A stretch of DNA of 64,000 nucleotides, from NCBI GenBank assembly GCA_050950825.1, contig JBMNIH010000007.1:192001-256000 (forward strand), read 5' to 3'. This document shows positions 32,215 through 41,642 of this stretch, piece after piece; the stretch's first letter is position 1, and each line of letters opens with the position of its first letter. The notes under the pieces were generated by a model. That model ran no database searches. It was given only the letters and a program-made list of their open reading frames with translations, and had not been told where the DNA came from. The translations under genes and the position numbers were made by a program. Source of the stretch: Clostridia bacterium (GTDB taxonomy: Bacteria > Bacillota > Clostridia > JAAYHZ01).

Positions 32215-33570
32215 ATGAGAGATCAGAGAAAAGCAGAGACAATAGCACAGCAGCGGATGGAACTGATATCGCCACTGCTGGCCGAGGGCCTGGATCCTGC
32301 AAAAGCGAAAGAGATCAAAGCCCGTATATGTGAACAAACCGGTATATCAGAGCGTACTCTCCGAAGATATGTGGCACAATACCGGGAAGCCGGATTCGAC
32401 GGTTTAAAGCCTAAAGGAAAGAGCCAAAGAAAAACAGAGGATGCCATACCATCCCATGTATTGGAGCAGGCTATTCTTCTGCGCAGGCAGGTTCCAAGCC
32501 GTAGCGTATCACAGTTGATAAACATCCTGGAGTGGGAAGGAATTGTAGAGCCGGGCCGGATAAAGCGCAGCACACTGCAGGAGCAATTGGCAAACCGGGG
32601 GTACAGTGCAAGACAGATGAAAATGTACACATCAACGGGAGTAGCAGCGCGCAGGTTCCAACATCGGTATCGCAATAAGCTCTGGCATTCGGACATCAAG
32701 TATGGCCCTTATCTTCCTATCGGCAGGGATGGAGAAAAAAAGCAGGTGTTTTTGGTTCTCTTCGTGGATGATGCTACCAGATACGTTCTTCATGGAGAAT
32801 TTTATCCCACCCTGGATAAAGTCATCGTAGAGGATTGCTTCCGGAAGTCCATTCTTAAGCATGGTGTGCCCGAAGCCGTATTTTTTGATAACGGCAGCCA
32901 ATACAGGAACAAGTGGATGACACGGGCATGTGCAAAAATGGGCATTCGTCTGCTCTATGCCCGCCCCTACTCGCCGGAAGCAACCGGCAAAGTTGAGAGG
33001 CTGAACCGGGTAGTGGATTCCTTTCTTACAGAGGCCGCTTTGGAGAAACCACAGACCCTGGAAAGGTTGAACGAGCTGTTCCAGGTATGGCTTACCGAAT
33101 GCTATCAGAACAGGCCCCATTCCGCCCTGGTGAATCACATGAGTCCGGAGGTTGCATACCGAAGTGATACGAAACCCCAAAGGTTTATTGACCCGGACGT
33201 CCTGGCTCAGGCGTTTTTGCATTTTGAGGAACGCAAGGTGGATAAAGCAGGCTGTATCAGCTTCAACGGCCAAAAGTATGAGGTTGGCCTTCCCTTTATT
33301 GGCTGCACTGTAGATGTGATCTATGATCCGGCATGCACGGATGAGCTTACCATTGAGTATGAAGGCCATAACCCATGGAAGGCTAAAAAGCTGGTGATTG
33401 GTGAACGGGCCGGTAGGCGGCCTGGTTTACCGGAACATCTTACCACCGAAAAAGCGGAGGCATCCCGCTTGCTAAGAGCAGCCAAAAAGAAGAACGAGCA
33501 GCGCATAGAACAGTACATGCCTGCCGTCTCTTACAGAAACGTGGCCAAGGGTGGTGAGCAGAATGTTTGA
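32215..33570 (+). CDS. DDE transposase/integrase (rve core, Mu-type C-terminal domain)
   Basis: N-terminal HTH (SERTLRRY), WHSDIK, FDNGSQY, GKVERLN, RKVDKAGCISFNGQKY. Confidence 0.92.
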   Translation: MRDQRKAETIAQQRMELISPLLAEGLDPAKAKEIKARICEQTGISERTLRRYVAQYREAGFDGLKPKGKSQRKTEDAIPSHVLEQAILLRRQVPSRSVSQLINILEWEGIVEPGRIKRSTLQEQLANRGYSARQMKMYTSTGVAARRFQHRYRNKLWHSDIKYGPYLPIGRDGEKKQVFLVLFVDDATRYVLHGEFYPTLDKVIVEDCFRKSILKHGVPEAVFFDNGSQYRNKWMTRACAKMGIRLLYARPYSPEATGKVERLNRVVDSFLTEAALEKPQTLERLNELFQVWLTECYQNRPHSALVNHMSPEVAYRSDTKPQRFIDPDVLAQAFLHFEERKVDKAGCISFNGQKYEVGLPFIGCTVDVIYDPACTDELTIEYEGHNPWKAKKLVIGERAGRRPGLPEHLTTEKAEASRLLRAAKKKNEQRIEQYMPAVSYRNVAKGGEQNV

Positions 33571-34363
33571 AGCCTTTTATGGGTTTAAACGCACACCCTT
33601 CACACGTGATATTCCTACTGACCAGCTTTATCAGCCCATCATACTGGAAGAGACATTAGGGCGCCTGCAATATGCTGCAGATCGTCAGTTGTTCGCTGTT
33701 GTTACCGGGGACTGCGGTACCGGCAAAACCACAGCTATCCGCCGTTTCCGGGATATTCTGGACTCTTCACGATTTCATGTTATGTACCTTGCCGATTCCA
33801 AACTGACGCCCAGGCATTTCTACAAGGGTTTACTGGAGCAGCTGGGGTGTGAGGCAAAATTCTACCGTGGAGATGCCAAACGCCAGCTGCACCGGGAAAT
33901 TGAGCTTATGAAGGGAATCCATAAACTGCAGCCTGTTGTCATTGTTGATGAGGCTCACCTGTTGGACCGTGAGATGCTGGAAGAGGTTCGTTTCCTGCTG
34001 AACTTCAAGATGGACTCAGAAAGCCCAATGGCTTTAATTCTGGTGGGACAGTCAGAGCTGTGGGACAAGTTCCAGCTCCAGGCATATGCCGCCATCAAGC
34101 AACGTATTGATATTCAGTGCAAACTGAATCATTATGATCGGGCTCAGGTGGGTGAATACGTACACAGACATTTAGAGTATGCAGCTTGCGACAGGGAAAT
34201 TTTCTCTGATGCAGCGTTGGATGAGATATTTAAGTATTCCAGTGGCTCTGCCAGGCTCATAAACAAGCTTTGCACCCATTGCCTGCTGTTCGGTGCTCAA
34301 AATGGCCGTAAAATCATTGATGACCATATGGTAAAGCTCGTGATACAGGGGGAATTGGCGTGA
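33563..34363 (+). CDS. ExeA-like AAA+ ATPase (TnsC/IstB/MuB-like transposition partner)
   Basis: GDCGTGKT, IVDEAH, LILVGQ; overlaps the transposase stop. Confidence 0.9.
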   Translation: MFEAFYGFKRTPFTRDIPTDQLYQPIILEETLGRLQYAADRQLFAVVTGDCGTGKTTAIRRFRDILDSSRFHVMYLADSKLTPRHFYKGLLEQLGCEAKFYRGDAKRQLHREIELMKGIHKLQPVVIVDEAHLLDREMLEEVRFLLNFKMDSESPMALILVGQSELWDKFQLQAYAAIKQRIDIQCKLNHYDRAQVGEYVHRHLEYAACDREIFSDAALDEIFKYSSGSARLINKLCTHCLLFGAQNGRKIIDDHMVKLVIQGELA

Positions 34364-34686
34364 TACAATTCCACTGTTCTTATCAATGGGATGATGGTAG
34401 TAAAGACATATGGTATGGTACTGTTAACCAGGTTATTAATTTCGGCAGCCACTATGAGGTTTTTATTTTAAGCCGGAGCAGCTTGCGGGTACTGGTTGGT
34501 CAATCAACCTCAGGGTTGTTTGCCTGTCTTCCTGATTTTAGCGCTGGATGCCATCTGAGTGCACTGAATGATACTTTCTACAACAGTGAGAAGTTGATTT
34601 ATGCTTTAGGAAATGTTGTAGACGGTATGACAATAGCTTATGCTTTCAAAGCATTGGAACCATTTTTAAACTTCAATAACGACTAA
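34360..34686 (+). CDS. Small protein of the transposon, DUF6618-like
   Basis: 108 aa, GTGA overlap with the ATPase; family call is from recall only. Confidence 0.55.
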   Translation: MIQFHCSYQWDDGSKDIWYGTVNQVINFGSHYEVFILSRSSLRVLVGQSTSGLFACLPDFSAGCHLSALNDTFYNSEKLIYALGNVVDGMTIAYAFKALEPFLNFNND

Positions 34687-34692
34687 ATACAT

Positions 34693-34718
34693 AGCGGATA
34701 ACCTTTTAGTTATCCGCT
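34693..34718. terminator. Hairpin near the right end of the transposon
   Basis: AGCGGATAAC-CTTTTA-GTTATCCGCT. Confidence 0.6.
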
Positions 34719-35423
34719 CATGCCTTCGCTTTATTGGCAGTTATACCGTCAACTTTTGGTCAATTAACAACATCTATTTCGGGACAATTTGAGCTAGCAT
34801 TAACACTTAACATCGCAAGGAAAAAGCGAGAATACTATCAATAGTTATTATTTGCATATAAAAGGTTACCACCAATGGTATTTGGTATCCTTTGGCAGAG
34901 AATGTTCGGTGCTATACCGGGAAAACATCTTAGATTATATCAGTTATCTTCGTAATATTAAGAAAGATACTGGTAGAACAATAAATTGCAAGATTAGTGC
35001 ATTGATAAAGTATAATGAATTTTTGATTGAGAAAGGAATACAGCAAGACCAAGTAGTTTCAAAGAAAGATAATATTAATGTACAGCAGACATATGCAAAC
35101 CCTTCGGATATAACTAAACAGGAAGTAGATGCTTTTAGACAACAACTATTAGAGAATGGGCATCGAGATATTTATTGTTTGGCCACATTATTAGCATATG
35201 CAGGTTTAAGAATTAGTGAAGCACTTAATATTCAGTTAACAGACTTCAATTTAACAGTTGGAGAGTTAAAGGTTAGGGGTAAGGGAGATAAAGATAGAGT
35301 TGTTTATTTAAATGATAAGATTATTAATAGTATAAGTGAGTTCTTAAGAGTGAGAGAAAGTGAAAGTCCGTATTTATTTGCAAATAGTAATGGAAAGATA
35401 ATTCATAGGTCAACAGTTAATAA

Positions 35424-37042
35424 CTCAAACTTCGCAGTAAATTAATATAATAAATTCCTAGATAATTTAATATAAGCTTTTTAAGTAATATATGTAACTA
35501 AGCGACTTTTGACTTGGGTAATCTTAGTTTTAAATATTCAGGAAGTCTAGAAATGAAAATTCTAAGAAACCCATTTACTCGCTTATCATCAATCATGAAA
35601 TACTCCATTAAGCATTCTGACAGTATTTCGAGAATCAGTTGTATTACTTCATCGAACTTTATGTCTTGCAATTCATCGTAGCATAAATAAAACAACTCAC
35701 CTATAGTTCGATTATCCATATTGTTCCGATTTTCTATTGCCAGCATGATATACCTACTGAGGACTACTGCGGTATGAGCCGTCATCATATCATATGACAA
35801 GCCTTGAAACTCTCTACCTAAATTGAGATATGTCTTGCACATTTTATAGAAAACTTCTATATCCCAACGTTTGCCATACGTTTGAATTATTTGCTCTTCC
35901 GAAAGCGCCAAATCGGTTGAAATGATGGCTATCCATTTCTTCCTGTTATTCCGATCCCGTACGAATACAATGCGAGCATCCATAGTCTCTTCTTCTTTGT
36001 TGTGAATGGATACGACAACCGACAAAAGGTATTTGGAACGACCACGTCTCTTTTTTTGAGAATTATAGATTTCCTTAAGGGTCATTTTCTTTCCGTTAAA
36101 GGAATACTTGATATTAGGAGTATCTTTAAGCCGCCCGATGCTGTGAAGCTTCAACTTCGCAATGTCCATGAGTATTGCAGGATAGGAAAACCAACTGTCG
36201 AACAGCACGTGCTTTGCAGGTATGTGTTGCTCGACTGCTTGCCGAAGCATCGCTATCATTAAATCAGGGGCTTTCTGCATGGCTTGCATTCTTCGTTTGT
36301 ATCCATTGGTGTTTTTATGGATATCATCTCTCATTTTACACAAATGTTTTTCAACTTTGCCGGATGTGAGCAAACAAAAATTAAACGGAATAAGTGTGTT
36401 GCCATCTGACCATGCAAGAGTAAGCAACCTGAATCCTTTTTTACACTTGTTGTCGGTATGATCTCTGACAAACGAAAGCATCTCTACACATTTGCTTCGT
36501 AAACGGCCGTAGAAGGTATCATCTACAACAATGACATTAATACGGTCATCCGATGTCAAATCCTTTACATGGCTGTTTATAACCGTGGATGCCAATGTCA
36601 TAACAAATGTCTGCCAGTTAATATATATAGAGTTTAGGAAACGATATACAGTATCTTTTTTAAAATCGACATTTTTGTCTCTGTTGCTGTCTTTATTTTT
36701 TATCAGGTTCATATACATACTTCTGTTTGTGAAAACCAATTGAAACAAATAGAGAAAAATTTGAATTACCGGTACACCTCTTTTTTTATAAGCATTGGCA
36801 TGTTGCAGAGCTTGATAAATTTTAAACTTTCTAAAAAAAAGATTGATTCTATCGTTAAACTGCTTTTCTTCGATATAATTTTCCGGTATACTATTCATGG
36901 CAAGGGGCTCCTTCGTTGTGATATTATGTTTTATTTGTTAATTAATATTATACCACAATCCAGGTCTCCTTGTCATACTTTTTTGCACTAAACTATTGAA
37001 TTATCTAGGTTCGAACGCACTTTTTCAAGTGCGAAGTTTGAG
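35424..37042 (-). mobile_element. IS4/IS701-like element inserted in the recombinase
   Basis: IRs CTCAAACTTCGCA / TGCGAAGTTTGAG; flanking direct repeat TTAATAA at 35417-35423 and 37043-37049 (AAT if the IR extends by 2 bp). Confidence 0.9.
35498..36898 (-). CDS. IS4/IS701-like DDE transposase
   Basis: VVDDTFY, VLFDSWF, YGKRWDIEVFYK. Confidence 0.9.
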   Translation of the reverse strand: MNSIPENYIEEKQFNDRINLFFRKFKIYQALQHANAYKKRGVPVIQIFLYLFQLVFTNRSMYMNLIKNKDSNRDKNVDFKKDTVYRFLNSIYINWQTFVMTLASTVINSHVKDLTSDDRINVIVVDDTFYGRLRSKCVEMLSFVRDHTDNKCKKGFRLLTLAWSDGNTLIPFNFCLLTSGKVEKHLCKMRDDIHKNTNGYKRRMQAMQKAPDLMIAMLRQAVEQHIPAKHVLFDSWFSYPAILMDIAKLKLHSIGRLKDTPNIKYSFNGKKMTLKEIYNSQKKRRGRSKYLLSVVVSIHNKEEETMDARIVFVRDRNNRKKWIAIISTDLALSEEQIIQTYGKRWDIEVFYKMCKTYLNLGREFQGLSYDMMTAHTAVVLSRYIMLAIENRNNMDNRTIGELFYLCYDELQDIKFDEVIQLILEILSECLMEYFMIDDKRVNGFLRIFISRLPEYLKLRLPKSKVA

Positions 37043-37248
37043 TTAATAAGATTTTTAATAAATATAGTGATAAGATCACGCCTCATGCATTGCGACATTA
37101 TTTTTGCACGATTGCTTTGGAGGGCGGGCTATCAGTTCATGAGGTTGCCTATTTGGCAGGCCATAGCAATATTCACACTACGCTTATATATTTGAATCCG
37201 AGTAGAGAGGCAATTAGGGGAAAAATAAATAACCTGTAATTAAAGGGG

Positions 37249-38575
37249 TGCTTTGGCCCCTTAAAATTGGACATTAACTTGCTTTTTCTATTACTTTTTC
37301 AGTTTTTTGAGCATATTCTTTATATGCCTGTTTAGGTGTTTTTAACTTAAGTCCCCAGTGTAATCTCCTGTTATTGTAAAAATCTTCCCAGTCTAATAAA
37401 GCAGCTCTCGCCTCTTCTAAACTGTCAAATTCACTTCTACTCAATAATTTTTCCTCAAGAATTCCATGATACGCTTCTATATGACCGTTTTCTTCCGGAC
37501 ATCTTACATGAGTAAATTCATGATAAATTCCTTTTATTTTGCAATATTCCGCGAAGTTCTCACTTATGTATTGAGACCCATTATCGCTCCTTAAAATAAG
37601 TCCTAACGGATCAATTCCCCTATCCTTAATTGCTTTATCTAAAGCCCTGACCGCTTTCTTTGAATTTATACTATAATCAGCATAGCTTCCAACAAGCTCT
37701 CTTGTAAAAACATCTATATAATTAATAATGTAAAATGTCCTGCCTTTTCCTGCAATATAGCCATACTTAATGTCCGTAGCCCACATTTGATTCGGTCTTC
37801 CAACTTTTCTGTCATCTACCCTTCTTCTATGTGCATGTTTCCTGTTAACTGGCTTTAAAAGTCCATTTTCGCGCATCAACCGATATACTTTCTTCTTGTT
37901 TATTTTTATCTTGTATAATACCCTGAGATGTGCAGTTACTTTCTTGTAACCATAGCAACTGCACTCTCCACTCAAAATTTCCCGAATTATTGAAACTATC
38001 TCTTCATCTTTAATTTTTCTACCTGTCTCATCCAAAGAATATCCTTCTGGCTTTCTTCCTTTTCTGTTCCCTTCAGACGAGTCCCTTCGGTTTCTATTTC
38101 TCTTCCAGTAATAGTATGTACTGCGCGCTACTTTAACTAACTTTAATACTGTTTTCGCAGCATGCCCTGCTTTTATGTATTTATCTGCTACCCCTAATCT
38201 ATCTTCAAGCCCGGGCTCGTTTTTTTTAATAGATCCTTATATATCTTAATTGCTAATTCTTTTTCACCCAGGAGTTTCTTCAATTCTTCATTTTCTCTCC
38301 GTAGTTCATACTCTTTCGAGGTAATGGAGCTTATTGCCTTTGGCGCAAGACCATCTACTCCTGTTTCCTCATATTTAGCTCTCCATTTATAGAAGGTATT
38401 AGGGCTAATATTATGCTTTCTGCATATCTCCGCTACTCTAACTCCTGCCTCATAATCCTTAATTGCTGCTAATTTTTGTTCAACTGTGAATCTCTTCCTC
38501 ATACTTTCTTCCCCCTTGAACAAATTGTATTACATTTTTATACAATCTGTCCAACCGTCTAAGGGGTCCTTAACA
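37249..38575 (-). mobile_element. IS3-family element with 5-bp target duplication AGGGG
   Basis: TG...CA ends with imperfect IRs TGCTTTGGCCCCTTAAAATTGGACA / TGTTAAGGACCCCTTAGACGGTTGGACA; AGGGG at 37244-37248 and 38576-38580. Confidence 0.9.
37274..38502 (-). CDS. IS3-family transposase OrfAB (OrfA 38194-38502, OrfB fused by programmed -1 frameshift)
   Basis: OrfA HTH with TFYKWR; A8 slippery run at 38220-38227; the -1 frame runs in frame into WATDIKY, RSDNGSQY, NGHIEAYH. Confidence 0.9.
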
Positions 38576-38576
38576 A

Positions 38577-40478
38577 GGGGCTGTTGCACTAAAAAGAAAT
38601 AGTGCACAGCCTCTTTTTAATTGATAAAAAATAAATCCCGATGCCCAAGAAGCAAGGGATTTATGATAAAATAACAATATGAAAACCTTAAAACTTAATA
38701 AGAAGTATACATTTAAACGAAGAAATTATCAACTAAAACTTCCAATAGAATTGGAATATAAAATTCCTGACGATGATCCGGTTCGCTTGTTGAGTCATTT
38801 TGTGGAGGAGATGGATTTAGAAGATTTGTATTCGACTTATTCTCGTATAAAGAGAAACCAAGCAAGCCCGCGTCAGATGCTTAAAATCTTAATTTACGCA
38901 TACATGAATCATATTTATTCATCAAGAGACATAGAAAAAGCATGTCGTCGCGATGTAAATTTTATGTACCTTTTAGAGGGTATGCTGGTACCTGATCATG
39001 CAACGTTTTCCAGGTTTCGAAGCTTGCATTTCACACCTTGTGCCAAAAGAATTTTGAGTGAAATGTCCGAATTTCTCTATGATATCGGAGAATTATCCGG
39101 CGACGCCATATTTATTGACGGCACGAAAATAGAGGCGTGTGCAAACAAATACACTTTTGTCTGGAAAAGAGCGGTCACAAAAAATCAAGAGAAGTTGCTT
39201 GCAAAATTGGCGGATTTCTTCGCGGAATGCGAGGAAAAGTACGGAATCAAAATAGTATACAATAATCAAGTCGAAATGAAACACGTTAAAAAGTTACGCA
39301 AGAGACTGTATGCCATAAAGAAGGAAGAAAACATCGAGTTCGTACATGGAAAAGGGAAGAGAAAAACACCTTTCCAACGATCCATTGAGACTTTGGAGAA
39401 TGATTTGGATAAGCTGAAGGAATATACGAAAAACATACATGTATGCGGAGACCGCAACAGTTTTTCAAAAACGGATCACGATGCGACGTTTATGAGAATG
39501 AAAGAGGACGCTATGGGCAACGGTCAGCTGAAAGCGGCATATAACATTCAGCATGGCGTTGACTCCGAGTACATAACATGGGTAACGGTGAATCAATGCA
39601 CAACGGATGCACCGACTCTAATACCTTTTTTGAATGAAATGAGATCCCATTTAAAATTCAAATACAAAAAAGTTGTCGCGGACGCAGGATACGAAAGCGA
39701 AGAAAACTATATTTACTTGGATAAAAACGGCCAATCGGCGTATATTAAACCGTTAAATTTACGAACAATCCAAAACCAAGAAATATAAAAATGACATTGG
39801 TCTTATGGAAAATATGGAATACCATGCAGAAGGAGATTATTACGTCTGTCATAACAAGAGAAAACTTGTCGTTAGCGATATAATAAAGAAAAGAAGCAAA
39901 AACGGATTTTTGAGCGAGAAAACGGTTTATACATGCGAAGATTGCAGTGATTGCTCCTTCAAAAGTAAATGTATAAAAGGAAATAGCAAGATTCCGTTGA
40001 CTGAAAGGGTAAAAAGACTTCACGTGGCGAAGGAATTTATCCGACAACGAGAAAAAGCCATGGAAAGAATACGGAGCGAAGAAGGCTGCATGCTTAGAAT
40101 AAACAGAAGCATACAGGCGGAAGGATCTTTCGGAACAATAAAGCAGGACATGGGATTTCGGAGATTTTTGTGCAGAGGTAAGGCGAATGTACTTGCCGAG
40201 AGCATACTACTGGCTATGGCTTTTAACGTAAATAAGCTTCACAGTAAAATTCAAGCCGGACGAACCGGTACACATCTTTTTCAATTTGAAAATAGTGCTT
40301 AAGTGAAAACAAATTAAAGAAAAAGCCGATTATTACAAAAGGTGTATTAAGTGCACCCTTTTTTAGTAATCGGCTTCTTTGTTGATTAAAATTAATTAAA
40401 ATTCCTTAAATTCAAGGTAAAATATTGAAAAAGAGGCAGTGCATCAGAAGTTTAAAAAACCTCTAATGCAACAACCCC
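38577..40478 (+). mobile_element. IS1182-family element, copy 1 (coordinates include the GGGGCTGTTGCA / TGCAACAACCCC arms)
   Basis: Near-identical to 49160-51057. Confidence 0.9.
38679..40302 (+). pseudogene. IS1182-family transposase with a +1 frameshift near 39758-39760
   Basis: AAATTTACGAA here versus AAATTACGAA in copy 2; ORF is split into 38679-39788 and 39805-40302. Confidence 0.88.
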
Positions 40479-40637
40479 TTTTTTGATCAGATTCCAATAA
40501 CGATACTTTGTACCTACATTATACATAATATAGTAAAAAATCTTATAAATTATGAACTTTAAATTGGAATAGTGTATAATATTGTTAAAGAATTAATGGA
40601 ACGTTATGGGATTATATGAATTTTAAGGGGTGAAAAT

Positions 40638-41642
40638 ATGGCGACAACTGTAAATAATGCATTTAAAGAGTTTATGCGAGATAAGGTCAACTTGGATCCG
40701 GACAAAACAAAAACTGCAAGAAAAAGCAGGGACAATCTTATAGATAATATACATAGTTTGGGTTCTAATGAAGATTTTTTCAATTTATATCATGACATTG
40801 ATATTGCATTTGGCTCATTTGCAAGAAAAACAAAAATAAGACCCTTAGATGATATTGATATAATGATTGGGATTAACGGTGACGGTAGCACTTATTATGA
40901 TTCAGGCTATGAGGTTAAAATTTATGTAAATGATGATAATTCTCCACAAAAGAGTTGTTGCAATGACAATACTAACATACTCAATTCAACAAAAGTTATT
41001 AACAAATTTATAAAAGAACTTAAAAATTTAAACGATTATAAGAAAGCGGAGACCCATAAGAATGGTGCGGCAGCCACCCTTCAACTAAAATCTTATGAAT
41101 GGAATTTTGATATTGTACCATGTTTTCGAACAACTAAAGAATCTGATGGCCGAGATTATTATTTAATACCAGATGGAAAGGGAAATTGGCAAAAAACAGA
41201 TCCACGCAAAGATAGGGATAAAGTAACTACTTTGAACCAAAAACATAATGGATTAATGTTAGAGACTATAAGATTGGTAAAGTATTGGAATAGAAGACCT
41301 ACAATGCCATTGATGCCATCTTATGCATTAGAATGTTTATTACTACAATATTTTGATAGCGTAGATAGTGTAAGTGATTATATTGATTTAAGATTTAGAG
41401 ATGTTTTATATTATATCAAAGATAACATTTGGTATTCCATTAATGATCCAAAAGAAATTCAAGGAGATTTAAACACACTTACATATGATGAAAAACTGAA
41501 AATTTCAAACAAAGCAGAAAGTGATTATGAAAAAGCAAAAGAAGCGATTTCTGCAGAAATAGATGATAAAGATCATGAGAAAGCCATTAAAAAATGGGCT
41601 GAAATATTCGGAAGCGAATTTCCAGAATATAGCGAGGATTAG
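40638..41642 (+). CDS. CBASS cyclic-oligonucleotide synthase (CD-NTase, SMODS domain)
   Basis: FGSFARKTKIRPLDDIDIM, FDIVP, YLIPDG.G.W..TDP, IRLVKYWN, SYALE, AI.KW..IFG..FP. Confidence 0.9.
   Translation: MATTVNNAFKEFMRDKVNLDPDKTKTARKSRDNLIDNIHSLGSNEDFFNLYHDIDIAFGSFARKTKIRPLDDIDIMIGINGDGSTYYDSGYEVKIYVNDDNSPQKSCCNDNTNILNSTKVINKFIKELKNLNDYKKAETHKNGAAATLQLKSYEWNFDIVPCFRTTKESDGRDYYLIPDGKGNWQKTDPRKDRDKVTTLNQKHNGLMLETIRLVKYWNRRPTMPLMPSYALECLLLQYFDSVDSVSDYIDLRFRDVLYYIKDNIWYSINDPKEIQGDLNTLTYDEKLKISNKAESDYEKAKEAISAEIDDKDHEKAIKKWAEIFGSEFPEYSED

Larger units (their letters stand above)
31458..34805 (+). mobile_element. Four-gene Mu/IS21/TnsBC-like transposon with TGT...ACA multi-site ends
   Basis: Left end TGTTTACGCTGAGTTAAAATGTCCAAAAACTGATGG matches the reverse complement of the right end TGTTAATGCTAGCTCAAATTGTCCCGAAATAGATGT; each end has about three internal repeats ~23 bp apart; flanks TTTTG and CTTAA are not duplicated. 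Confidence 0.85.
34806..37239 (+). pseudogene. XerC/D-like tyrosine recombinase, 5'-truncated and split by an IS
   Basis: 34807-35423 reads LTSQGKSENTINSY...YAGLRISE...RGKGDKDR...HRSTVN; 37045-37239 continues NKIFNKYSDKITPHALRHYFCT...LAGHSNIHTTLIY, completing the R-K-HxxR-H-Y set. Confidence 0.9.

Noticed and set aside
34852-35445. 197-aa ORF as an intact integrase
   Set aside because: It lacks HxxR and the catalytic Tyr, which lie beyond the IS at 37045-37239.
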